DNA from: Gordius albopunctatus
Lineage: Eukaryota
Length of the DNA: 64,000 bases
Direction: 5' to 3'
Assembly: GCA_964276515.1 (NCBI GenBank)
Contig: OZ193910.1
Location: 8,680,001-8,744,000 of the forward strand
Positions within the stretch are counted from its first letter, which is position 1; each line of letters starts with the position of its first letter. Below the pieces are notes generated by a model that made no database searches, was not told the DNA's origin, and saw only the letters and a program-made list of their open reading frames with translations. The translations under genes and the position numbers were made by a program. This document shows positions 34,461 to 64,000 of this stretch, piece after piece.

Positions 34461-36424
34461 CCCACCCTTGCTAATCCTAGACGTATTTGGAATGATAGAA
34501 GGTATAACTTTATTTAAAATATAATGTATACGTATTAATCGAAAATATGGTTTTATCAATAGTTAATTATTATTATTATTATAGCTTAAGGGCACAAATT
34601 GGTGGTATTCTTGATTATTCTAGACCCGCAATTTACTATCTATCCGCTAAAACAAGAAGAAAAAATTTATTAAAAATTCTAGGCTGAACTAAATTACAAC
34701 AAGCCCTAGTCAGTTTAAACCATCGGTGACGTTCAACTTCAAGGCAAATTTCAAAGGCTTTTAGGCTCAATTATATCTAGAATCCCCATCAAAATATTGT
34801 TAATACAGATTATAAATATGTGAATTAAATTTAAAAAACTTATAGTTGAGTAGGAATAGGGCGACTTGTATCTTTATAACTATTTTTAAATATAGAAATC
34901 GTAAAACATTCGAATTTTAAGCACACATGTATGTTTTATGTCCTAAACTACACTAGGAAAGACTAAGATGATAATACATTAATCTAATTTAAAAAGACTT
35001 ATTTCAGTGCAGAGTCCGTCTTATATGGGTACATAAGCCAAGTTGTCATCTTGATGCAATTTAGATGTGTACTGAGTATAACCATATTAGTACATATGCA
35101 TTATTTCTATGTTATTTAAGATAAAATAATCGTTTAATTGATTCGAGTTGGCATAAAATATAATGAAACAAAGTAAATGACTTGCCCCGAGCACTTTTAA
35201 AATTTCTATGATTATTTTACTAAATTGAATTTGTAAACACATATAAAAAAGATCTCAAACTATTTTTGTATAATTAAAATACATCTTAAAATATATTCTA
35301 GAGGAAATTTGAATATTTTTTGAAACGCGATTTAAATTTTTATGGTTATTCAAGCCACGGTCTCCTTGGATTTTTACGATTTTTGAAAGAGAATAATTCA
35401 GGAACCAAAAAAGAGGAACTAATGAAATTATATCAGCTGATTTAATTCAATTTTATCTTTTAAATTTACTTTAAAATATATTTATATCTTTAGTAGATTT
35501 TTAGAAAAGTACAAAATTGCCTCACCTACTACAGGTTAGACTGGTACGGGTTTAATTATTAATCCAGGATTTTTAAAACAATTTTTTATCTTCTCTTGTA
35601 GCTTGTAGCATTTTTATATAAATAAAATATTAATCAGTAAAATTTTTAAATGTAATGTTTTCATCCCCATTAAACATTTATAATAATAAATTAGTTGGAA
35701 AAAAAATTTTAAGAAGGATTGGGATTCGAACTTGATTTCCAATAAACGAAAAAACTTAAATTTGATCTATGTGCAATCAAAAATGGAACTAGCTCGTGTA
35801 TAATTAGGAAACTTAGCAGCCATATTTCAATATTATGTTATAATATTGTCATTCCATGTATTCTAACATCTTGATTATAGATTATAATTGTTATGGCTTT
35901 AAGACATATAAGATTGGATATTATTTGTAAAGGGCTTAGGGAGGGATTGCGACCAGATTTAAACCAGACACAATAATACTTATGTTTGGGATATTTCTTC
36001 TCAAATACCCCGATTTGAATACTAATAAAATTTGTTTGCTAAAATTTACCTGAATAAAAATAATTAAATTAAAAAAGTATATTAATAAACATCCTAAATT
36101 TCAAACAATTTTTATCTCAAAAATATTAAAAGCAGGACTGCCTTAAATTTTTGATATAGCCGACATATAGGGGCTTCGCTTTCGCATATGTTAGACCAAT
36201 TCGAAATATTGATTTTTTTGTTTTAAGAACGGTTATAAAAGTGATCGAGACAAATTTTGCCATATATATAGTATTTAAATAAGTAGATTAATTTCTTCTG
36301 TAAAATTATTTCAAACCTTGGCAAAGCAAACATGAATAGCAACTAATTAATAGGATATGAGGTTAGTGACCATCCTTAATTATAATTATTATCATAAGTA
36401 TCGCGTAAAAAAGTTGGGCCTTAC

Positions 36425-36770
36425 CAATTTATCCAGAAGTCGGGAATTATGGATTATACCACGCACGATATGTCATTTAATGAACAACTCCTAATAAAAC
36501 GAACAAACATTTAGAATGATGATATTTGTGGCATAACGTTTGTGAGGCGAGGCGAGGCGAGGCGAGGCAAGCGAGAAGAAGAGTGGTGGGTGAACCCTTT
36601 TAAAGAGATAAGGAGGAGGGGCGAAAGTGTATGCCAAATGCCTGCCTATAGGTCACGCCCGCCCGCCCGCCCACCCGACCATGTCTACCGCAAAACGAAT
36701 TACGATTCCCCCTCTTCTGCGCATCTTATCACCAACACATAACGACGGGTAGGGTAGGGTAGGTAATATG
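36425..36770 (-). promoter_or_regulatory. Putative promoter and 5'UTR exon of the XK gene
   Basis: GC-rich patch without TE hallmarks: tandem GGGCGG boxes (~36656-36671), TTTAAAAG (~36597-36604), (GCCTC)n, then GTAAG donor at 36424; unused TTTAG acceptor at ~31810 just upstream of the XK ATG. Confidence 0.5.
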
Positions 36771-37309
36771 GAGGCTTCGTTGCTTTGCTTCCCACATAAC
36801 CACCGAATAATAAAAATGGGAACTATTTAATATTAACTAGGATCATTGCGAAGAGCATTTCATTTAGGACGTTTTAATGTTAGTTAATAGCATAGAAAAC
36901 GAATGCAATGGCTTAAAGTGTTTTTTTCAAGTATTACACAATACTTAACTTTCTTTTATTCATTTCATTCATCTACACCAATTATGCATTTTATAATAAC
37001 TAATAATAAACTTATTTATTCAAATTATATACAATTATCGATTTGAGGAAAGTTGCCACAATTTTACCTAAATTATATGCAACATTGGATAACATTTGTT
37101 TACGCAATTTCTAAATACAAAAACATATTTTAGTCTCTATATAACTTCTATCAAACTGATTTGTCTAAGAAACAAAATAAAATTTTGTCTCCTTCCTAAT
37201 TTATATTCCAACTACACCCATGATTTCTTCACTTACATAGGATCCCTTATTTTTATAGCTACTACGAATCCATTTAATCTTCCAAGATCTGGCTTATTAT
37301 CAGTGGTGT

Positions 37310-38088
37310 AAGTAAAAGAATTTTGAAATGTCTTCGGGTCGGGTCGGGTTCGGGTTGAAAATTTTAATATGCTTTGGGGTCGGGTCGGGTTGGATTTAAA
37401 ATTTCGGGTCTTTTAAATCTGATTGTTTCAATTTGAACGCAAATTTAAATTTGACTTATGAAGGATAAAATATATCAACAAAATAATTATTTTAAATTGT
37501 ATTTTTATAGTGTGAGGTGGTGGTAGTTCATTATTAATTTAATCTACATAAATATATATTCATAAAACAAATAAGATTATATGTTTAAATTTATTGAATG
37601 ATTCAGTTGCAAAACTCTATATTTCAAATTGAATGTGACCTCATAGTGTATGCTATCATATATATATATATATATCTATAATAAATCATGTAAATAAATT
37701 TACGAATCAAAATCTGTGGAATTAATTAGTTTCATAAATCGCACTTTACTTTGTTGATTAAATTTTAAACACCCTCACATGTGAGTAGCCAGGAAATCGA
37801 AATTAGAGGGGGCAATAATGATTATGGGAGGGGCAAAATGAGCATTTCTTTAATTTTAGCCATAATTTGATAAAATATCTAAGATTTTTTACCCCTTGGC
37901 TACGCCCATGCACACCGCAATTTTTATTACTCTCGCGTTGGATACCAAATTTTGAAACACTTTCGAGAGGGATTCTTCGGTTACAAAATTTTTAACACTT
38001 TCGGGTCGGGCCGGGTCGGGTTAAAAATTTTAAAATGCTTTTGGGTCGGGTCGGGTTCGGGTTGAAAAAATGACTTTTCAGTTCTCTA
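37310..38088. mobile_element. ACCCG-array hAT-like element, reverse orientation, with nested MITE (~37778-37909)
   Basis: CGGGTCGGGT arrays; right end TGACTTTTCAGTTCTCTA resembles the reverse complement of the 33366 terminus; interior similar to the ~42330-43183 copy. Confidence 0.65.
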
Positions 38089-41000
38089 TTGCATAGTAAG
38101 GCAAGGTAAATTCAGTGTAATTTTTAAAATTTCTACTTTTTGAGTGTGGGAAGACTAGGTAATTTTGTGGGAAAAATGCTTCAAGTACTTTTCTTAATAA
38201 AATTAAACAAATGAATTTGAAAAAAGTAAAAAAATATGTCAAAAGCTTTTTTGTCGAAAATTAAATTCAAATAGTAAATATAAGTGTCTTTACTTTTAAG
38301 ATAATAGTTTTTTTTATTGAACAAATTTATTTTAATTTTTCTAGGGAGATGGGGAATACGCGCTTTCTCGCCTCCCCCACCCTTCCCTACGCCACTGCTA
38401 TAAAATGTTAGAATAACCAAATTTACAAACATTTTTCTAGATAAAATATAAAAAATACAAAAATATTAATAAGACAAAAATGATATAAATTTTTTTACTT
38501 ATTATAATTATTAAAAGAAAAGGGGAAAACTTTGCAAAAATATTAAAAAATTTTGATTAAATTTTTAAAGGTAAATTATTTTATAAAAGGAATTATCATG
38601 GTTAATAAAATATAAACATTATAGCTTTGCTTTAAAACATTTCAGATGTTTAGAAAACAGTCATTCCTAAGTAAAAATGTTGACTAATTAATTATTTATA
38701 ACAGCTAGAGCCACCTGTGCGTGAAATTTAATATTATAATCGGGAATTTGAGTCCATATATATGCATCCTTTTAAAAAAATTAAATTAATATTCCAAAAT
38801 CAAAAAAATTTACATACAATAACTATTTGAGTTTCGTTGAAATAAAATAACTTTTATCACAAATTGGGACTGTTAAGCTTTAATTAACATTATATGTAAT
38901 TGAAAATACATTAAAGAATAAATTGTTTTTATGGGACAAAAATATATTTAAATATAAAGGTTTATTATATTTAAATATATTTATATAATGTCTAAGGGTC
39001 AAAAAATGTTAAAGCCAGTATAAAGTATTAAATAACAATTTAACAAGCTATATTTACATATAGTATGATGCCCATGCATGAATAAAGATGGATATGGATA
39101 ATATAATAAGATGGTTTTAAAACAAAAATAAACGGCAAAAATGTGTGGTATTTTGAACTCCTGAAAATGGGAGGAGACAACGATAAATCAAACAATAATA
39201 TTTGAAGGCAAATTAACATAATATGACGACAGCTACTACTACATCTTTCCCAAAACGCGCCCTGGTGTTTAGTGCTTTTATCTTGTCTCATCATCACACA
39301 GCTTGTCTATATATAATAATTACAATTTTGATAGCTTACAAAAAAATATGGGCACAGTCTCCTCTCGACCGACAGTATTAGCAAATTTATGATTTAGTTA
39401 GATCGTAGCTAAGGGGGGGGGGCAGGGAGAGGCGGCTTCCCCCCTCTTAATCCAAAAATTGGTTGAAATTTATTAAAATTATGGCTTAAATTTTAAAAAA
39501 TTATTATTTTGCCCTTCCCCAAATCGTTATTGCCCCCCCCCTCTAATCCCAATGCTGGCTACGCCCATGGGGTAATCTCTCTCTATTGAAATTTATTCAT
39601 TTAATATTAGAATTATGTAAATGTATGATCACGTGTAATCTTTGAATAAACAGGGAAAAACATTATTCTAATTAAATATAGTCACAATATATTGTTGTCT
39701 ATCATATTTATTTAGTTACATAGTTTTACATGATGTCTATTAAATTATTTAAAGTGGCAATTAATGTTTAAAACAAATTAAGGTCAATATTATTGTATTA
39801 AGGTAATTTAAGAGCGCCCCCACAGCACAGGGTTCCTTCAGAATTTGCTTGTTGATGATACTAGGAGTTGCATATTAAACATTTTACCTAGGTATCCTTA
39901 ACGAGTACGCATATTTAGGATTTAATTCATGGCGGATTTTGATATACCCTCTTCCCACCCCCTAATCAATTAAAATGACCAATTTATTCTTTTAGGATCC
40001 GTCGGTTACTCAAAAAGGGAAAACAAAGCAAATGTTTATCAAAATCTTATGACACCAAACACTCATGAAAAATCACTGTTTTAGTATTATGATAAATTTA
40101 TGCGCCCCTAACTAAAATTTTTGGAAATGTGAGGCTTAAATATTTTTGTATAAAATTTAAAATATCTCTCTTCACTCATTATGAATTTATCTCACATAAT
40201 TCCTATATTAAGGAGCATGAATATATATAAGGAAAAGCAGCAACGGTAACTGACCAGCCGCTAAAAGGTATTTAAAATACCAAGTGCAATCGGCATTTTC
40301 CGTTCTTACACTTTTTTTCTTAAAATTAAATTCTGGCTCTACAGATGTCGAATGGCAAATTATTAATAAGGCTATGTGACCGATTAAGAATATTTATATA
40401 TAATATCAGCCAGTGGCGTATGCAAGGGGAGGGTTTTGGGGTTTGGAATACAAAATTTAGATAGCGTCGTAATACTCAATTTTACTTTACTAAATAAATC
40501 ATGGGCGTAGCCGGGGGGGGCAGGAAGGGGCGGCGGCCCCCTCTAAATCCAAAGATTTGTTAAAATATATTAAATTTATGGCTAAGATTTCAAAAAATAT
40601 TCATTTTGCCCGTCCTTAAATCATTATTACCCCCCTTCGTATAAAAAATTATTTGTGTTGACAAATAACAGAAAATTCATTCCTATATCTTTATATTATT
40701 GGGAATAATGTAGCGAATAAAAGACAGAACGTCAGAAATAACGCTTTTAATAAATTAATAATTTTATCAACTAAGAATTTAAAATAAAATCATTTTTGGA
40801 TCTATTTTGAGTTCTAATCGGGCTTCAGATTTCTGCATATTGGTTTCTGCTAAAATGATCGGGCTTCTCAAATTACATTTCAAAAAATTTTTTTAACTGC
40901 AAAGCCCAGATTTTTAATATTGAATTGAAAAATATGATGATTCTATCGTTGCAAAATTAAATTTTCAACAAATCATTTATCAAATTTTTCATGGTTTTTC

Positions 41001-41959
41001 CCACTTATTAGCAATTAAATTTATTGTATAATACGAGATATTATGAATTAATAATTTGTTTAAAATTTACAAGGGTTTGAAGAAATTATTTTTTGGGACG
41101 GGCATAACAAAATCACCAAGCTTGGAGTGAGCTCCAACCTATGAAAAACAATTAGCAAGACTCTAAATTCGCCTAAGCAGGTGTTATTAATGACAAATTT
41201 CGAACCTTAAATGTTAATCTACATCTATCACAGCTCACAGGCATAAAATGCTGTCAAGTTGAAAAGGGGAAACAATTGAAAAGAGGAATTTCAAGTTAGT
41301 TTTAAAAGTGGGTATTTATTATCAAGATAATTTGTTTTTTTAATTATTAAACAAATAAAGGACAATTACAGTGAGACTTCACATCAACATAATAATGTGT
41401 TGTGTTACATTTTTTGATACCAAATTAGCTTTTTATGTTCATCTTCTTAACACCAGCCTCAATAGAATTTAAAATCTAAATATGACTGGACAAACTCACA
41501 ATGGATGCTACATTATGTATATAAATCGTTAATAAAATTGCATAAAAAAATTTTCCTATAAAATTTGTCGATATCTGAAGAAAAAATTTGAAACCCGCCC
41601 CCCCCCCAAAAAAAAAAAATCTAGCGTACCCCCCTGATATCCGCTAACAAACTTAAATAGATTATGATGTTAACAAGTGCGGTTTACTAAATCCACGCTG
41701 GTAAAAGAATTAAAAAAATACTAGTTGCACCCTACCATCAATAGAGTTAATCGTGGGAAGTGCTTCCTAATCCTAGTGGAAGTTCCTATAGTTTAAATCT
41801 TAGATTTATTAATGAGTTTTTTGTTCGGCGCTCAATAGGCTGAAGTACAAAAGAAATAAATTTTGAATATTATAAAATTCAATTAATGTCTTAAGAGTTA
41901 AAATACTTTGTAAACAATTTATATTTATTTGTTAAATTGTTTTAATATATTCAATACTA

Positions 41960-43520
41960 CCTACGACGGTCCCAAGTTCCTGTAAAAAAAGTGGAGGGTT
42001 GGCGACAGATCGGAAGGCCGGCTGTAAAAATCCTACCCAAAATCATGATAACTTAAATAAAAAAATTTTACAAACGAAATCTTGGGCGTCCTCCACAAAC
42101 GACGCACACTGCATCCCGCCCCTGCATCGTTAAAAATATTACCGCTCGGCTTACAACAAAGGCGGTTAAGAATTTAGTTCTGGATATAATGCGAATAACA
42201 TGTGGAAATGTGAACACGCTTACTGGGAAGAGCATCAATGATAAAATATAAAGGTACACATCGCCTGCCTACAAGAGAACAAATGGAATGGAATCAAAGC
42301 TTAGGAGTTGAGAAAAAGATACACGTTAATCTAAAAGTTACTTTTTTTTATTCACATCCGACCCGACCCAAATTTTTTTTTAATTTTCCAACCCGAACCA
42401 AACCTAAAACTATTTTAAAATTTTTAGCTTTAACCTGACCCGAAAGCATTTTAAAGTTTTCAATTTACAACCGGCCCGACCCGAAAGCGTTTAAATTTTT
42501 TTAACCAACTACCTCCCGAACGTTTCAAGTTTTAGTACCCGACGCGAGAGTTTAAGGCGTACAAAATTTAATCGAAAAACTTAAGGCGATTTATAAAACT
42601 AATTGATACCACAGATTTTTACTACTAAATTTATTCGTATGATTTATTTTAGTTATGTATGAATATGATATCATCTACAATATTGGGTCGCAATATATGT
42701 TTATGTAGTAAAATAAAAATAAACTACCACTTCAGACTATTCAAATACAATTAGAAAATATTAGGTGTTGCAGTTGTTTCATAATTATAACAATTTTAAA
42801 TACACATTATTTTTATTAGTACCAATAATAGGTCATATTAATTTAAATAATAATATAATTTTGTTGATATATTTTATCTTTCACGAGTCAAATTTAAATT
42901 TGCGAAATTAAAACCATCGGGTTTAAATAAACAAATAAATTCATTAAATGAACGAATGTTTTCAATTAATTATAGATTCTGATATTAATTAAAAATATTC
43001 TACATAATAGCATTCATCTAAAAGATGTATTTTGCAATCTAAGATTCCTAACTTTGACCCTACCCTTTAAATTTAATCCCTACCCGAAAGCATTTAATTT
43101 TAGCCCAAACCCGACCCCAAGAAATTTCAAAATTTTTAATCCGAACCCCGTATTCGGGTTTTGGGTCACAAGTGCGGGTCTCAACTCAATACGACCAAAT
43201 TTCAGAAACGGGGTGGGTATCGTTGTAAGCAAACCGTTCAAAGACAAGGTAGTAGAAGTCAAGTTTCTCGGACAGGTTAAAGTAGATGAAGGCTACAATC
43301 AAGGGGCCTCCGAATCGTTACGTACGCGTATCATCCCCAAATTGAGTCTATTAACTTAGAAAAAGACATATTCTCCTATTCATTAAGAGAAAATACAAGG
43401 GATAGAAGAGGGAGAAAGGCCAATTATTGGTGTTAGGTTCAACGTCCACGTAAGAAAAGATCGGCTCGCGTATGAATAAAATCATGAAGGCTATGGGTAT
43501 GGCCTGAGGAACAACCTTGC
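41960..43520 (+). mobile_element. RTE 5' remnant interrupted by an ACCCG-array element (~42330-43183)
   Basis: 5' sequence resembles ~18875-19150; FRNGVGIVVSKPFKDKVVEVK and GYGYGLRN endonuclease relics after the insert. Confidence 0.7.
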
Positions 43521-43559
43521 GATTATTATTAAGACTTGAATATAGTCTTAATACCTGAT

Positions 43560-43985
43560 AGACATTTTACACCGCACATAAATGATTTTGCCGCCAACCT
43601 TCATAGGAAAACAATATTTTTAAAGCTAGAACTTGTAAGAGCGTAACACCCCATTCCAGTAGCAGCAAACGACTTTAAAACAGCCCTATTAATCAGGCAT
43701 TCAAAATACAAATTTCGCATTTACGAACTTCAATTTTTATCGAGCATCAAAAAGGTATATCCTAAAGAATTGTTTAAGATAAGTTAGGACCAACGTAGGT
43801 ATGGTATATTACATTCGACCGTGGGTTTCTCGCAATTTACTTAGCCATAAATCATTTTTCCTACATCTTAAAAAGTAGTAGCCTTTCCATTTACACCAAC
43901 CATAAACCATTAATCTAGGCATTTAACGAACTCCAATATCTATTAGAAACAAGGCAGCAAGACCGAATATCACAATTTATTACTG
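43560..43985 (+). mobile_element. Ty3/gypsy RNase H remnant
   Basis: 'YITFDRGFLAIYLAINHFSYILK..LSIYTNHKPL..RQQDRISQF' vs YSTFDRELLAIYLAIKHF..TDHKPL pattern. Confidence 0.7.
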
Positions 43986-44109
43986 TAGTTGCTACGTCCC
44001 CCTTGCTACACTCATAGTGACAGTTTCAGAGTAATATTTATATTTTGTCAGGTCGACATTGGCAAAATGTACCGCGATGTAGCTTATGCCTACTTAAATT
44101 TAAAATAAT

Positions 44110-45591
44110 ATGGACCTCTTTTTAGTTACCCTGATTATATCTTTGATTCTAACTCTATTATTAATCTTTATCACCGTTTTTCATGTATTATATATATATA
44201 TGTTTAATAAAATCTTATGCTAGATCATTGTATTTGATGAATTAAAGAATGATTTTAAAAGTCCAATTGAACAATGTAAATCATTAAATCCAGTAATTTA
44301 TCACATTTATTATTAAAATATATAGTTGGTTTTACCGGAATACATATTACAAGGACTAATTACAGTGTTAACACTTTTTGGAAGGCATTATATATTATTT
44401 TTATTTAATATTCCTTTAGTAATCTACAACATTCTCAGGTAATATGCTTTATCATTAAGCATTTTTTTTAAATAATAAGCCTTTTTCTAGATTATATTTT
44501 TTATCCTTTTTTAGATGTATAGTAAATTTTTACTCACCTACATTGTTGTAAAAAAATTTACTAAATTTATACATTATATTTTATTGATTTTTAAAATACT
44601 AATTAACATCTAATTGTTTAAATGATAAATTAACATTCTTTGATAGTGATTTGTTTGAAAAAACTCCTCTGATTTATTACAAAAAAATTTGTATTATATA
44701 TGAAGCCTAACTTATCTTCATGAAAATATATTAAGAGTTCATTTTTTAACTCTCTTCTTGGTCAATTAGTTTGATTATTGTTAAAAGTAATTAAAATTCT
44801 TTACAGTTTTGAAATAAAAATTTTAAAATTTTGAACCTGCAATCTTATATATAAAAATGAAACTATGTATATATATATATATATGCCGCCACCAATTTTG
44901 GAAAACTACCAGACCAATTTGGCTCAAAATTTCACAGTTTATTCCTGACACTCCGGAGCATGTTTTAAGATATGTTTGAGCCAAATTGGTCCAGTAGTTT
45001 TTGAGTATTTGTACGCATTGCACTGTATACAGAAATAGAACAATATAAGTAGAACATATAGACATCAAACTTTATTTTTACTCCAATAACTGCTTTATCA
45101 TCATATATGCCATAAAATTCCAACATAATTTAATACACCCAGGTAAATGGCAAAATAATGTTTGCTGGGTTCATCTAGTGCCTTATAAATTGCATGAGTC
45201 AACATTACAAAAAAGATTAATTTTGTTATTGAAATAGCTATCCAAAATCTCATTTGAGCTACTACAAAAAACTTGTATTTTTTAATGGTGAGCCTTAGAT
45301 TATGTTACCATAATAATTAGTTTAACTAAAAATTATATAAAACTTTTACCAATCATTACTATACACTAAATTTTGCATTTCAGATACATAAATCGTCCAA
45401 ATATGAGTTGTCTTGGAATCTATGACCCAACTAAAATTTTGCAAACAAAGGAAATAAAGCGAGGCCAATTTGAAGGATGGTGTAAATTAGGCTTTCACAT
45501 CGCATTTTTTTTCGTCTACTTATACAGGTATTTGTAATTATAATTTCATTTTACTTTTTAAAGCATTATCTATGCGATAGTAATGGACTAA
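44110..45591 (+). CDS. cni: Cornichon homolog (ER cargo receptor), 142 aa
   Basis: Exons 44110-44184, 44224-44292, 44326-44438, 45384-45527, 45564-45591 (429 nt); motifs IIVFDELKNDFKSPIEQCKSLNPLVLPEY, NIPL, GIYDPT, EGWCKLGF..FFVYLY. Confidence 0.95.
44843..45178 (+). mobile_element. Short non-autonomous Helitron in cornichon intron 3
   Basis: A|TCTTATATATAAAA start, internal inverted repeat GACCAATTTGGCTCAAA/TTTGAGCCAAATTGGTC, weak 3' hairpin, CTAG|T end. Confidence 0.75.
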
Positions 45592-45729
45592 TCGAAATTG
45601 CACCCAATTACATATGCTGGAATCTCTTTATTATATATCAATTATACTATTTTTTAAATAATAAATTAATGATTATTATAATTCAAATTGCACGCGCAAA
45701 TACAAATATATAAAACGTTTATAATTATT

Positions 45730-63809
<18,080 letters not shown>

Positions 63810-64000
63810 CTGTCAAAAATAACAAATAATGTTTTAAATTTTGCAAAAATTTAACGAAATGCATTTTTTCCGTAAAATAGATTAGAAATCAAAAAGATTT
63901 GACATTACTTATTTTACAAGGTATAGGCAATTTAAAACCTCTGCGATAAATGATAATATTAAACAAGGACCATTTTATTACAAGGAATTATTTTCAAATA

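Noticed and set aside
35720..35735. tRNA B-box-like GGATTCGAA (similar at ~12506 and ~13913)
   Set aside because: No A box or cloverleaf; at most SINE debris.
36542..36742. 66-aa Arg/Pro-rich ORF
   Set aside because: Product of microsatellites, GTG start.

Overview
AT-rich animal genomic DNA (species not determinable from the sequence) with four spliced genes, most introns only ~28-45 nt: MELK kinase (-, 2265-11987), an XK-related (Xkr/CED-8-type) membrane protein (-, 27587-31777), cornichon/CNIH (+, 44110-45591) and a 5'-incomplete furry/FRY (-, 45730 to >63809, ~40 exons) converging on cornichon. Intergenic DNA and long introns are packed with TEs: RTE and CRE non-LTR elements, Hermes-like hAT elements, hAT and piggyBac-type MITEs, Helitrons, solo LTRs, a TRIM and Ty3/gypsy relics. 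Main hidden observation: between MELK and XK lies what looks like a highly divergent, dead Argonaute-family gene (-), recognisable only after excising a TSD-bounded TE stack (hAT-like > RTE > solo LTR). A second stack (RTE > hAT > inverted hAT > TRIM) is adjacent and may interrupt the same gene. All protein identifications are by-eye motif comparisons; no searches were run.
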